From contig OZ241877.1 in assembly GCA_965203095.1 (NCBI GenBank), forward strand, positions 128,001-192,000: a stretch of DNA of 64,000 nucleotides, given 5' to 3'. Of the stretch, positions 50,755 to 60,826 are shown piece after piece. The DNA is from Bdellovibrionales bacterium. Its GTDB lineage: Bacteria > Bdellovibrionota > Bdellovibrionia > Bdellovibrionales > UBA1609. The notes below the pieces were generated by a model. The model ran no database searches. It saw nothing but the letters and a program-made list of their open reading frames with translations, and was not told the DNA's origin. The translations under genes and the position numbers were made by a program. Every line of letters starts with the position of its first letter. Position 1 is the first letter of the stretch.

Positions 50755-53586
50755 ATGACTCCCCTTTTTATAAAAAGACATATCGGCCCTTCAAAAAAGG
50801 AGATGAGGGATATTTTAAAAAGCCTTAAAGTCTCTTCTATGGAAGAGCTGATGGCGGAGGTCCTCCCCAGTGAAATCCATCCTCTTGAAAAAATCTCCCT
50901 CCCCCCTCCCCTCACCGAATCTGAACTTTTAAAAACAGCTCAAGCTCAGGCTGGCAAAAACAAAATTTTTAAATCCTATATTGGCGAATCTTATAAAGCC
51001 TCTTTCCTGCCCGCAGTCATTCAAAGGAATATTTTTGAAAATCCAGCCTGGTATAGCCCTTACACGCCCTATCAGGCCGAGTTGGCACAAGGTCGTTTAG
51101 AGGCCCTTTTGAATTTTCAAACCATGACAGCCGATCTGACAGGGATGGAAATAGCCAATGGTTCCCTTTTAGACGAAGGTAGTGCTTTAGTAGAGGCTCT
51201 GGCTATGGCCAAAAACATCAGTGAGAAAAACACAAAAAAATTTTTTGTGTCTGCCAATATTTTCCCGCATAATCAGGAGGTCTTAAAAACCTACAGCTCA
51301 GCAGTGGGCTGGGATATGATCTTAGGGGAATGGGAGACATTTAAAAAATGGGACGAATGCTTTGCTCTGATTCTCCAATACCCCTCGGCAGATGGTTCTG
51401 TTTTAAATATAGAGCCTCTTTTAAAAAACACAGCTAAAAAACACTGCCTGAGCATTGTCTCCACTGATCTTTTAAGCCTAACACTACTCAAACCGCCAGG
51501 GGAGATGGGGGCTGATATTGTGGTGGGATCCTCTCAAAACTTTGGAATAGCTCATTTTTTTGGAGGGCCTCATGCCGCTTTTTTTGCAACCAGAAAAAAA
51601 TGGATCCGACAGATCCCTGGTCGGCTTGTGGGAGTATCTAAAGACAGGCATGAAAAGCCCGCCTTAAGGCTAACATTGCAAACCAGAGAACAACATATAC
51701 GAAGGGAGAGAGCGACCAGCAATATATGCACCTCTCAAACCCTTTTAGCGGTAATGGCCAGCTTTTATGCCATATATCATGGCCCTAAAGCTTTAAGAGA
51801 AATTGCCTTAAAAATCAACAATTTAACAAAAAAACTTTATAAATTTTTCCAAGGTTTTGAAGGGGTAAAAATCCTCAACAAAAGTTTTTATGATAGCCTC
51901 AGTCTCCAGCTGTCATCTCAAGAACTGACTGTAAAAATTTATAAGGCTTTTCAAAAAAGAGGAATTAATTTGGGCTGTCCAAGGGAGGCTTGCCTGTCCC
52001 TGACCTTAGACGAAACCACAGAGGAAAAAGATCTTCTTGAAATTCAAAGCCTTTTTAAGCAATTTTGCCCTCTTTCGTCAAATTCTAAGGCAAAAAATCA
52101 AAGGGCTTTTGATTCTTTTCCAAAAAATTGCTTGAGGCAAAGCCTTTTTCTCAAACATCCGGTGTTCAACTCCTATCATTCAGAAACAGAGCTTTTGCGA
52201 TATATTCAAAGGCTTGAGGATAAAGAGCTTTCGCTTAATCGCTCTATGATCCCTTTGGGATCTTGCACTATGAAACTCAACTCCTCTGCGGAGTTAGGCC
52301 CTGTGAGCTTTCCCGCCTTCTCACATATCCATCCTTTTGCCCCTTCAAATCAAACTCAAGGTTGGTTAGAGCTACTTAAAGAGTTAGAAGATCAACTTTG
52401 CGAACTCACTGGTTTTAAGGCTTTTTCTTTTCAGCCTAAGGCGGGTTCCCAAGGGGAATATGCTGGGCTTTTGGCTATTAAAAAATATCATGAATCTCAA
52501 GCTGAGGGGCATAGGAATATTTGCCTTATCCCCTCCTCTGCTCATGGAACCAATCCGGCCAGTGCCCTTATGGCGGGTTTAAAAGTTGTGCCTATTGCTT
52601 GCTCTAAAGATGGCCTGATGGACCGGGAGGATTTGGAACAAAAATTAAAAAAACATGCTTCTCATTTATCAGCTTTGATGATCACTTACCCCTCAACTTA
52701 TGGTTTTTTTGAAGAGGCTATTGGGGAAGTTTGCGATAAAGTTCACAAAAGTGGGGGTTTAGTTTATTGGGACGGGGCCAATATGAATGCCCTTTTGGGG
52801 CTTTCAAAGCCTGCAAATTTGGGCTTTGATATTGGTCACTTAAATCTTCATAAAAGTTTTTGTATTCCCCATGGGGGGGGAGGTCCTGGGGCGGGGCCTA
52901 TAGGAGCGAGTGAAAAGCTTACGAATTTTTTGCCGGGTCATATCCAGCTCAAAAAAAAATCAGGAGCCATAAGCACTTCCCCTTATGGAAATGCTGGCAT
53001 ATTGATTATTTCCTGGGCTTATATCAAGCTCATGGGTTTAGAAGGTTTAAAGCAATCGGCTATGACAGCTATTGCCAATGCCAATTATATGGCTGAGCAA
53101 TTAAAAAAGGGCTATTCTATCCTTTTCAAAGGGAAAAATAATCGCGTGGCCCATGAGTGCATTATCGATTTAAGGAAATTTAAGTTTTCTGCCAATATTA
53201 CAGTGGATGATGTGGCCAAACGGCTTATGGATTACAGTTTTCATGCCCCTACTGTATCTTGGCCTACAGCAGGAACTTTGATGATTGAACCTACAGAAAG
53301 CGAAAGCAAAAAAGAGATGGATCGCTTTTGCTCTGCCCTGCTCAGCATTAGAAAAGAAATTGAGGATATTGAAAAAGGCGGAAGTCCTACACTTTTAAAA
53401 TCGGCCCCACACAATATAGAAGATGCTATGTCTGATTGGCCCTTCCCCTACTCCAAACAAAAAGCTTTTTATCCTCTGCCTTGGCTCAAAGGGAGAAAAT
53501 TTTGGCCACCAGTTTCACGAATAGAAAATGCTTTTGGGGATATTCAACCTTTTTGCTCCTGCCCTCCTCTTTTAGATGAGTCATAA
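50755..53586 (+). CDS. gcvP: Glycine dehydrogenase (decarboxylating), P protein
   Basis: RHIGP, YTPYQAELAQGRLE, TSNICT, PLGSCTMKLN, HLNLHKSFCIPHGGGGPG motifs. Confidence 0.96.
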   Translation: MTPLFIKRHIGPSKKEMRDILKSLKVSSMEELMAEVLPSEIHPLEKISLPPPLTESELLKTAQAQAGKNKIFKSYIGESYKASFLPAVIQRNIFENPAWYSPYTPYQAELAQGRLEALLNFQTMTADLTGMEIANGSLLDEGSALVEALAMAKNISEKNTKKFFVSANIFPHNQEVLKTYSSAVGWDMILGEWETFKKWDECFALILQYPSADGSVLNIEPLLKNTAKKHCLSIVSTDLLSLTLLKPPGEMGADIVVGSSQNFGIAHFFGGPHAAFFATRKKWIRQIPGRLVGVSKDRHEKPALRLTLQTREQHIRRERATSNICTSQTLLAVMASFYAIYHGPKALREIALKINNLTKKLYKFFQGFEGVKILNKSFYDSLSLQLSSQELTVKIYKAFQKRGINLGCPREACLSLTLDETTEEKDLLEIQSLFKQFCPLSSNSKAKNQRAFDSFPKNCLRQSLFLKHPVFNSYHSETELLRYIQRLEDKELSLNRSMIPLGSCTMKLNSSAELGPVSFPAFSHIHPFAPSNQTQGWLELLKELEDQLCELTGFKAFSFQPKAGSQGEYAGLLAIKKYHESQAEGHRNICLIPSSAHGTNPASALMAGLKVVPIACSKDGLMDREDLEQKLKKHASHLSALMITYPSTYGFFEEAIGEVCDKVHKSGGLVYWDGANMNALLGLSKPANLGFDIGHLNLHKSFCIPHGGGGPGAGPIGASEKLTNFLPGHIQLKKKSGAISTSPYGNAGILIISWAYIKLMGLEGLKQSAMTAIANANYMAEQLKKGYSILFKGKNNRVAHECIIDLRKFKFSANITVDDVAKRLMDYSFHAPTVSWPTAGTLMIEPTESESKKEMDRFCSALLSIRKEIEDIEKGGSPTLLKSAPHNIEDAMSDWPFPYSKQKAFYPLPWLKGRKFWPPVSRIENAFGDIQPFCSCPPLLDES

Positions 53587-53734
53587 CATTAAGTTATACT
53601 GATTTTGTTTGAAAATTATGCTTTCTGGACTCTGTTTTGACCGGAAATCTCAAATGTAATCAGTATATTTCCGCTAAGATATCAACCAAAAAACTTAGGA
53701 AACCTGTGGATCATAATAAAAACCCACAAGTAAT

Positions 53735-53891
53735 TAGTCGTCTGTGAAAAACCTTTGTTTTTTAACTTTTTTTGTCCAAAGGACCATTCCATTTCGGGAC
53801 GGCAATACCTTGGACCCTCATGGAATGGCCTTTGGACAAAAGCGGGAAAAAGAGGACGAGGCTTTTTGTCCAGCTTTTTCACGAGCGACTA
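53735..53891 (-). repeat. MITE-like element type B, inverted copy (157 bp)
   Basis: tagtcgtctgtgaaaaa ... tttttcacgagcgacta, core at 53793-53819. Confidence 0.8.
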
Positions 53892-54090
53892 ATTATTGAA
53901 AATAACTGGTTTATGCACAGCGTAAAACTACCTGTTTCCTCTAAAGACGATGAACTTTTGGCTTAATTTTCCAACTTGCAATCAAAAGCTTTTTGTAGTT
54001 AAATCTATAGTGGCTAAGGCCATGCTTAAAGGAGATATAACCCATAGTTTGAGCCAATAGTCCAACTCGTATGCACTTGAGAAAAATAAC

Positions 54091-55362
54091 ATGCAAATCA
54101 TAAAATTAAAAACGATAAGTTTTGACAAAATGGCAGTTTCACAAAACAAACTGAATATCACTCATAAAGAACGATCCAATCTGTTGCCTTGGAAGGGGCA
54201 ATTTTCACCCCAGTTAATACAATCTTTATTAGAAACCTATTCTAAAAAATCTGACAAGATACTTGACCCCTTTATGGGAAGTGGAACAGTTTTACATGAA
54301 GCCTCTTTAATGAATCTGGACGCCATTGGCCTTGAATTGAATCCCGCGGCAGTAAAAATGGCCCAAATTTATCTGCTCAGTCATATTACTGTAGCAGAGA
54401 GGAAAAAACATATAAAAAATATTGAAAAGAAAATTGATCCTATTATCTTAGAAGATTTGCCTTTGTTTAAAAACTCTCACAAAGATTTTAACAAAACTTT
54501 AAGCTCTTACGATCTGTTTTACAGCATAAAAAAAATAATGAATAAAACAATACAACAGGAAAGCCGTTTAATTTTAGAGACCTATCTTATTTTGATTGAT
54601 CCAAAAGAGAGACAACTGACTAAAAAGAAAGCAAGAACTATTTGGCAAAAATTAAAGCTCTTAATTATCAGCTTGCCTTGCACAAAATCCAAACTGAGAA
54701 TAATCCATGGCGATTGCCGTAAAACACCTCTTAAAAAAAATTCTATTGATTTGGTAATCACATCCCCGCCATATATAAATGTATTCAACTATCATCAACA
54801 AAAAAGAACCTCTATAGAGGCGATGGGATGGAATATTTTATCAGTCGCAAAATCTGAAATAGGCTCAAACCGAAAACACAGAGGAAATAGATACCTTACA
54901 GTCATTCAATATTGCTTAGATATGGCAATGGTGCTTTATGAGTTAGGCAGGGTTTGTAAGCCCAAAGCCAAGCTAATTTTTGTAATTGGTCGCGAATCCC
55001 AAGTTAAAAAAACAAGTTTTTTTAACAGTGAAATTATAGCCAATATCGCCAAACAAGTTTTTAGTTTTAACATTGATCACCGGCACGAAAGATTTTTTAA
55101 AAATCGCTATGGCCAAATGATAAAAGAGGATATACTGCTATTGGCAAATCCAATAGAATCTTTAAAATACAATACTGCTCCCAATCAAATCGCTTATCAT
55201 GTTTTGACAGAGGCGAGTCACCGTGCACCGCAAGAGGAAAAAGAAGCTCTTACCCTTGCTATTGAATCAATAAACTCAGTAAATCATTCACCAATATATG
55301 AGTCCAAAAGAACTTTAGAAGAGTCTTTGTTCTATAATACTAAAGGGAAAAACAATGATTAA
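54091..55362 (+). CDS. Amino-methyltransferase (probable N4-cytosine DNA MTase)
   Basis: LDPFMGSGT then ITSPPY. Confidence 0.85.
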   Translation: MQIIKLKTISFDKMAVSQNKLNITHKERSNLLPWKGQFSPQLIQSLLETYSKKSDKILDPFMGSGTVLHEASLMNLDAIGLELNPAAVKMAQIYLLSHITVAERKKHIKNIEKKIDPIILEDLPLFKNSHKDFNKTLSSYDLFYSIKKIMNKTIQQESRLILETYLILIDPKERQLTKKKARTIWQKLKLLIISLPCTKSKLRIIHGDCRKTPLKKNSIDLVITSPPYINVFNYHQQKRTSIEAMGWNILSVAKSEIGSNRKHRGNRYLTVIQYCLDMAMVLYELGRVCKPKAKLIFVIGRESQVKKTSFFNSEIIANIAKQVFSFNIDHRHERFFKNRYGQMIKEDILLLANPIESLKYNTAPNQIAYHVLTEASHRAPQEEKEALTLAIESINSVNHSPIYESKRTLEESLFYNTKGKNND

Positions 55363-55566
55363 ATACCCAACTGCCCACAAAGACAAATTAATCGCCGCTA
55401 TAAATAACAGCAAACTGCCTGAGTCTGAAATACAACCCTTAAAAAAAGCTTACACACAATATAAAAAATGGATTATGGAAATTGAAAAAATCTATAGCAT
55501 TGAAAAAAAATCCTCTGATCAAAAAATATGTCTTTTGGTTAAAGAGCTTAATAAATACAAAAACTA
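55355..55566 (+). pseudogene. 5' fragment of restriction endonuclease (Bpu10I-family-like N-terminus) truncated by IS3
   Basis: Overlaps the MTase stop. PTAHKDKL...NSKLP...YKKWI pattern recalled from family members. The frame runs into the IS TIR at 55567. Confidence 0.6.
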
Positions 55567-55594
55567 TGGACTGAGGGAAAAAAGTGGACCAAAG

Positions 55595-56458
55595 TTAAGG
55601 TGTATTTTCCGTCATTTTCTCAAACTCCAGAGGGCTTTTATAGCCCAAAGCGGAATGGAGGCGGTGAGTATTATACCAACCTTCAATCCACTCAAAAATC
55701 TCTTCCTGTGCTGTATTCATACAGGAGTATACCTTGTTCCCTAATTCTTTTTTTAACAAGGAAAACCAACTTTCGCAATAGGCATTATCATAACAATTCC
55801 CTTTCCTTGACATAGATTGAATAAAGCCATATTTTCTAAGGTTTTCTCTGAACTCCTTGGCCATATATTGAACCCCACGATCAGAATGAACTATCAAGCC
55901 CTTTTTCACAGACCTTGTTTCAATAGCTCTATTGAAAGCTCTCAAAACAAGCTCTGAATACAAGCTGTAGCCCAAATTCCACCCCACTACCCGACGAGAG
56001 TAAAAATCCAAAAAAATAGCCAAATAAAGGAATTTTCCACCATAAGCTTTAAGATAAGTGATATCACTCCCCCAAACCTGATTGATAGCTGTCACAGCCA
56101 TTTCCTCTACTTTAAACACTCTTTGGCTAAAAGGGTGTTTGTCCATTGTGCTTGTCGTTTGGGGTTTGAAGGAAGGAGCAGACCTTGCTTTTAGACCCCA
56201 TTGGTTCATAATATAGCGGGCTTGATCCACAGAACAGGAAATGCCAGCATTTGTCAGATGGTGACTGACTTTTCTGTATCCATATAAGCCTTTATGAATA
56301 CGAAAAGCGGACTGAACTGTCTCTTCTCTCAGGTCCAAATTTGCAGGACGCCTTTTAAGGCTTTTGAAATAACCAGAGGGACTAACACCAATAGCTTGAC
56401 AAGCTCTTTTAACAGCTAGATATTTTGGCTTATGTTTAAAGATAAATTTGTGTTTCAT
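55595..56458 (-). CDS. IS3 transposase OrfB (DDE)
   Basis: YGYRK, WGSDITY, HSDRGVQY, SRKGNCYDNA..ESWFSLLKKE motifs. Confidence 0.93.
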   Translation of the reverse strand: MKHKFIFKHKPKYLAVKRACQAIGVSPSGYFKSLKRRPANLDLREETVQSAFRIHKGLYGYRKVSHHLTNAGISCSVDQARYIMNQWGLKARSAPSFKPQTTSTMDKHPFSQRVFKVEEMAVTAINQVWGSDITYLKAYGGKFLYLAIFLDFYSRRVVGWNLGYSLYSELVLRAFNRAIETRSVKKGLIVHSDRGVQYMAKEFRENLRKYGFIQSMSRKGNCYDNAYCESWFSLLKKELGNKVYSCMNTAQEEIFEWIEGWYNTHRLHSALGYKSPLEFEKMTENTP

Positions 56459-56745
56459 TTTGCATTTTCCTTTGAAAAAAAAGCCGTGGCTTTTTTTAAA
56501 AACTCCACTACGGCCTTTTCCTCAGCCAAAGCTTTTTTGAGCCTTTTGACTTCCATTTGAAGACGAAAAACATCTTGTGACTTTTCAACGGGGAAGTTCT
56601 TTTTCGCTTTCCACCGATGAAGACTATTCACATGAATGCCTAATTTTTCGGATGCCGGACCTGCTCCTATCTTCTCCGCTAATTTAACAGCATCAGCCTT
56701 AAAATCCGGGGCAAACCGTCTCCTCCTTATCGTTTTTTTCATCAT
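56455..56745 (-). CDS. IS3 transposase OrfA (HTH)
   Basis: FKADAVKL..LHRW. AAAAAAAG slippery site near 56490 fits a -1 frameshift. Confidence 0.9.
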   Translation of the reverse strand: MMKKTIRRRRFAPDFKADAVKLAEKIGAGPASEKLGIHVNSLHRWKAKKNFPVEKSQDVFRLQMEVKRLKKALAEEKAVVEFLKKATAFFSKENAK

Positions 56746-56849
56746 TCCTCCTTTTTAAAGTTAGTGTTAAATCACACCTTAAAAAGAGTCCACTTTTTTC
56801 CCTCAGTCCACTTTGATATAGATAAAGATTAGATAGAAAAAAAGAGGGT

Positions 56850-57275
56850 TTAGAGCGTATTCACCCATCTAACTAAGTGCAGGCCATTAGCTCCCTTAAA
56901 CAGTTCTCCTCTCCTTTTTTCATTTCTGATCCTATATTTTATACTAATAATAGCCCCCGCCAAGTCCGCTCCAGTAAAGTCTGTCCGCCAAAAATCTGCA
57001 AGTCTCAAGTCCGCCCCTTCTAAATCTGCTTCTGACAAGTTAGCTGATGTAAAATCCGCCCCTATCAAGGTTGCCCCTGTTAAGTCTGCTCTTGTCAAGT
57101 CTGCCCAACACAAGTTCGCCCCTGCTAAGTCTTTTTTTCCTTGTCTGATTTGTTCGATTAGGTCTGCCTGTGTGGGATCACTCTCACAGGGTTTTTGTTC
57201 AGTCTCATAGGATGTTGGACAGTGAGCAAACCCCGGCAAGCTCATTAAAAGGATAATGCTTAATAGTATTTTCAT
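56850..57275 (-). CDS. Secreted pentapeptide-repeat protein
   Basis: Signal peptide, LIEQIRQGKKDL cap, ADL repeats. Confidence 0.85.
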   Translation of the reverse strand: MKILLSIILLMSLPGFAHCPTSYETEQKPCESDPTQADLIEQIRQGKKDLAGANLCWADLTRADLTGATLIGADFTSANLSEADLEGADLRLADFWRTDFTGADLAGAIISIKYRIRNEKRRGELFKGANGLHLVRWVNTL

Positions 57276-57356
57276 TGGTTGTCTTATAGCAGGATTGTCC
57301 GGGAAAGTAAAGAATTAGAGAGTCTTTTGTAAATTTTTCACAAAAAGGGCAAAAGC

Positions 57357-57692
57357 TTAATCCACCCAGTTAATCTTGTCTGTGTTCAATGCTCCCTTCC
57401 ATTTCAGTTTTTGGGGTTTTATCTTTGAGCTTATGTAAGCCCCTGCCAAGTTTGCTCCCTTTAATTTTGTATGTTTCAAGTTTATGATATGCATTCTTGC
57501 CCCTTGCAAGTTTGCCCCCTGGAGATCAAGCCCTTGAAGGTTGGCAAAAGCAAGATTGACCCCTACAAGGTCTTTTTTTCCTTTCTTTATTTGTTTAATA
57601 AGCTTGGCTTGTTTTATTGGATCAAATGGGTTTAGTAAATTCCCCTGGGTTGGGATTGCCATACATAAAAGGATTAAAATCAGAGTTTTCAT
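57357..57692 (-). CDS. Secreted pentapeptide-repeat protein
   Basis: Signal peptide, ANL repeats, GALNTDKINWVD end. Confidence 0.85.
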   Translation of the reverse strand: MKTLILILLCMAIPTQGNLLNPFDPIKQAKLIKQIKKGKKDLVGVNLAFANLQGLDLQGANLQGARMHIINLKHTKLKGANLAGAYISSKIKPQKLKWKGALNTDKINWVD

Positions 57693-57875
57693 ACTTAAAT
57701 TATACCGGCCGGCGACTCCCGAACCTAATTTTTTATGAATTTTGAGTCAAAACTGGCGGGAATGAGACACTTTTGGCCCTTATTTGCTATCAAAACCTAC
57801 CTTTTCATTGCATATTCGGGGAAATAAAGAGTCGGCAACTGTGGCCAGCGGATAAAGTCAAAGGAAATAAAGAGA

Positions 57876-58046
57876 CTATTGCTTTGCTAAAAGTCTATCC
57901 AGCTTAGACTCTATGCTGTCCATTCTTATTTCAAGCTTATCTATTCTCTTAATGATTGGCTTAATCATATATCCAAAGCCAGTCAATAAAAGAGCTAAGA
58001 AACTAATAAGGAATATCCCAGCGGTAAATAAAACTGATAAGTCCAT
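57876..58046 (-). CDS. Small TM + coiled-coil protein (56 aa, not in the ORF track)
   Basis: MDLSVLFTAGIFLISFLALLLTGFGYMIKPIIKRIDKLEIRMDSIESKLDRLLAKQ. TTGACT-N17-GATAAT lies 6 nt upstream. Confidence 0.65.
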   Translation of the reverse strand: MDLSVLFTAGIFLISFLALLLTGFGYMIKPIIKRIDKLEIRMDSIESKLDRLLAKQ

Positions 58047-58186
58047 ACATCCATTATCAGTTCATTGTCCGGGAAAGTCAAGCCTTTGTTTAAAGTGCTC
58101 AAACATCAGCCAGAATAGAGCTTATTTGATAGCTGAGGCTTTGGATATAGATAGAGATTAGAGAGAAAAATAGAGGGTTCTGAGGC

Positions 58187-58852
58187 TTAATCAAAAATAT
58201 CTTCAAAAAAATGGATTATATTAAAATTAGCTTTATTGCACACCATAACTCCTACAACTCCCCCCCCCAGAGCACCCTGTGTCCAATAATTAGTAGAATA
58301 ATACAACCACCTTGCTTTTCCTCCAGTTAAAACTCCGGTCGCCACGGTAGTGAAAAACAATGCAAAGTAGGTTGATAGGAAAGCCAGCTTTGGGATCTCG
58401 TCTCCTTTTGTAAGGTTTCCTATAAGACAACCAATGACTCCGCCACCTAAAATCGATCCTCCCAAGCCAGTAAAAAAGGGAATTAAGGCAGGAATGATGG
58501 CAGTTTGAGTTCCTTCCAAGATAAAATGATCTTTTAAGTAAGAGTAGTTTTCTAATTCTATTCCATTACAGGCCCGGAGATTATGAATAGAGATAGAAGA
58601 CTTAAAGTTTTCTGGGATGGGTTTTGAAAAAGAGGGGAGCAGGTCTGTTTGATTTTCTTTATCAGTAAAATCAATATAACAAACAGCTTGGCCATCTTGA
58701 ATAATAACTGCTTTGCTAATGATAGCTTTTTTTGGATCAAGCTGTTCTATTAGCTCTGTGTTCTGAGATTGAACAATGGGATCAGTGGAGTCTGGCAAGC
58801 TGGCAAAAGCCGGCAAGTTCATTAAAAGAATAAGGCTTAATAGTATTTTCAT
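58187..58852 (-). CDS. Exported protein with Gly-rich hydrophobic C-terminal helices
   Basis: Shares promoter, signal peptide and ELIEQ start with the pentapeptide neighbours; GxxxG-rich segments. Confidence 0.7.
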   Translation of the reverse strand: MKILLSLILLMNLPAFASLPDSTDPIVQSQNTELIEQLDPKKAIISKAVIIQDGQAVCYIDFTDKENQTDLLPSFSKPIPENFKSSISIHNLRACNGIELENYSYLKDHFILEGTQTAIIPALIPFFTGLGGSILGGGVIGCLIGNLTKGDEIPKLAFLSTYFALFFTTVATGVLTGGKARWLYYSTNYWTQGALGGGVVGVMVCNKANFNIIHFFEDIFD

Positions 58853-58924
58853 AGAGTTTGGTTATAGCAGGATTGTCCGGGAAAGTAAAGTCTTTTGTAA
58901 ATTTTTCACACAAAGGGCAAAAGC

Positions 58925-59437
58925 TTAATCCACCCAGTTAATCTTGTCTGTGTTCAATGCTCCGCTGTCCATAATCAGGTCACGATATATTGAGTCTATA
59001 AAAGCATACTTCAAGCTTGTCCCTCTCAAGTCTGCTTTTGTCAAGTCTGTCCCTCTCAAGTCTGCAAATATCAAGTCTGCCCCTCTCAAGTCTGCCTTTG
59101 TCAAGTCTATCTCTCTCAAGTCTATCCCTATCAAGTCTGTCCCTCTTAAGTCTGCCTCTCTCAAGTTCGCCCCTCTAAAGTCTGCAAATATCAAGTCTGT
59201 CCCTCTCAAGTCTGCCTCCCACAAGTTCGCCCCTCTCAAGTCTGCTTTTGTCAAGTCTGTCCCTCTCAAGTCTGTCCCTCTCAAGTCTGCCCCTCTAAAA
59301 TCTCTCCCTCTCAAATCTTTTTTCCCTTGTCTGATTTGTTCGATCAGTTCTGCTTGTTTTGTGGGATCAACTGGCTCTGTGTTTTCAGAAAAAGCCGGCA
59401 AGCTCATTAAAAGGATAAGGCTCAATAGCATTTTCAT
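58925..59437 (-). CDS. Secreted pentapeptide-repeat protein
   Basis: DLRG(A/T) repeats, GALNTDKINWVD end. Confidence 0.88.
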   Translation of the reverse strand: MKMLLSLILLMSLPAFSENTEPVDPTKQAELIEQIRQGKKDLRGRDFRGADLRGTDLRGTDLTKADLRGANLWEADLRGTDLIFADFRGANLREADLRGTDLIGIDLREIDLTKADLRGADLIFADLRGTDLTKADLRGTSLKYAFIDSIYRDLIMDSGALNTDKINWVD

Positions 59438-59518
59438 TGTGTTTGTTATAGCAGGATTGTCCGGGAAAGTAAAGAATTAGAGGGTCTATTGTAATTTTTT
59501 CACAAAAAGGGCAAAAGC

Positions 59519-60121
59519 TTAATCCACCCATTTAATCTTGTCTGTGTTCAATGCTCCGCTGTGCATAATCATGTCACGATATTTTGATTTTATAAAAGCC
59601 CCTTCTAAGTCCGCTCTGTGCAATCTTGTCCCTGTTAAAATCGCCCCCTTCATATTCGCTCCCTGCAAGATCGCCCCTTTCAAGTCTGCCCCTGTTAAAT
59701 TCGCCCGCCCAAAGTCCGCTCTTGTTAGGGTTGCCTCTTGTAAGTTTGCCTCTGTCAGGTTCGCTTTCCATAATTTTGCCTCTGTCAGAATTGCCCGTCT
59801 CATTTTTGCCCGGAATAAGTTTGCCTTTATTAGTTTTGCCCACTTTAAGTTTGCCCACACTAAGATTGCCCCCTCCAAGTCTGCCCCTGACAAAAAAGCA
59901 CTCCTTAAATTCGCCCTTGTCAAGTCTATCCCCTTTAAGTTTCTCTCGCTTAAGTCCACACTCACTAAGTCTTTTTTTCCCTGTTTTATTTTTTCAATGA
60001 GTTGGGTCTTTAAAGTTTCTTTTTTTAAGACAATATCCACCCTTTCAGAGTCTGTTGTCACTGTCAAGTCTGCCTGAGAAGGGATTGCAAAAAATAAAAG
60101 AATTAAAATAATTTGTTTCAT
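59519..60121 (-). CDS. Secreted pentapeptide-repeat protein
   Basis: Signal peptide, repeats, GALNTDKIKWVD end. GGAGG SD. Confidence 0.88.
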   Translation of the reverse strand: MKQIILILLFFAIPSQADLTVTTDSERVDIVLKKETLKTQLIEKIKQGKKDLVSVDLSERNLKGIDLTRANLRSAFLSGADLEGAILVWANLKWAKLIKANLFRAKMRRAILTEAKLWKANLTEANLQEATLTRADFGRANLTGADLKGAILQGANMKGAILTGTRLHRADLEGAFIKSKYRDMIMHSGALNTDKIKWVD

Positions 60122-60151
60122 AGTCCCTCCGTTTTAGGTTTCCTGTTTATC

Positions 60152-60179
60152 TTATCGGCTGATTGTCTATTTTTGTTTA
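60152..60179 (-). promoter_or_regulatory. sigma28-like promoter
   Basis: TAAA-N16-GCCGATAA. Confidence 0.6.
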
Positions 60180-60273
60180 GTCCTTTTTTCTCAAAGCTGG
60201 ACTTTAGTTCTTTTAATTCTGCTGAGGGTTTTTTAGGTATAGAGATTAGAGAAAAAGTAGAAGGTTCTGAGGC

Positions 60274-60801
60274 TTAATCCACCCAGTTAATCTTGTCTGT
60301 GTTCAATGCTCCGCTTTTCATAATCATGTCACGATATTTTGAGTCTATATAAGCAAAACTTAGGTTTGTTCCTTTAAACTTTGCCCCTCTCAAGTCCGCC
60401 TCTCTCAAGTTCGCCCCTGCCATTTTTGCCCCTCTCAAGTCTGCCCCTATTAAAATCGCCGCTTCCAAGTCCGCCCTTAATAAGATCGCTTTATACAAGT
60501 TCGCAAAAGCCAGATTCCCCCCTTCCAAGTCCGTAGCAGTCAAGTCCGCATACTTCAAGTCTGCCCTTCTTAAGTCCGCCTCTCTCAAGTTCGCCCCCGA
60601 TAAGTTCCCCCCTATCAAGTTTACCTTTTGCAAGCTTTTTCTCCCTTGTTTTATTTGTTCAATCAGTTCGCTCGCCCCTCGATAGGCCAACCCTACTTGG
60701 GATTGAGGAGTCCTTTCCCCTTGAGTTTCTTTTTTGGCAAACTTAAGAGACTGGCAAGATAAAATAAAAGACGATATAAAAATATAAAACAGGATTTTCA
60801 T
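60274..60801 (-). CDS. Pentapeptide-repeat lipoprotein
   Basis: ILSC lipobox, repeats, GALNTDKINWVD end. Confidence 0.85.
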   Translation of the reverse strand: MKILFYIFISSFILSCQSLKFAKKETQGERTPQSQVGLAYRGASELIEQIKQGRKSLQKVNLIGGNLSGANLREADLRRADLKYADLTATDLEGGNLAFANLYKAILLRADLEAAILIGADLRGAKMAGANLREADLRGAKFKGTNLSFAYIDSKYRDMIMKSGALNTDKINWVD

Positions 60802-60826
60802 AGTCCCTCCGTTTAAGGTTTCCTGT

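Larger units (their letters stand above)
55567..56810 (-). mobile_element. IS3-family insertion sequence
   Basis: Perfect 23-bp TIR tggactgagggaaaaaagtggac, TG..CA ends, orfA/orfB layout, no flanking target duplication. Confidence 0.93.

Noticed and set aside
55567..55744. C-terminal half of the 129-aa ORF 55355-55744
   Set aside because: Read-through into the IS3 end; not native coding sequence.
46132..60077. Antisense ORFs over pentapeptide genes and the ORF 57913-58161
   Set aside because: Shadow frames of repetitive genes on the opposite strand.
56850..60801. Diversity-generating retroelement behind the shared 3' ends
   Set aside because: No reverse transcriptase; the shared blocks are constant rather than A-specifically mutated.
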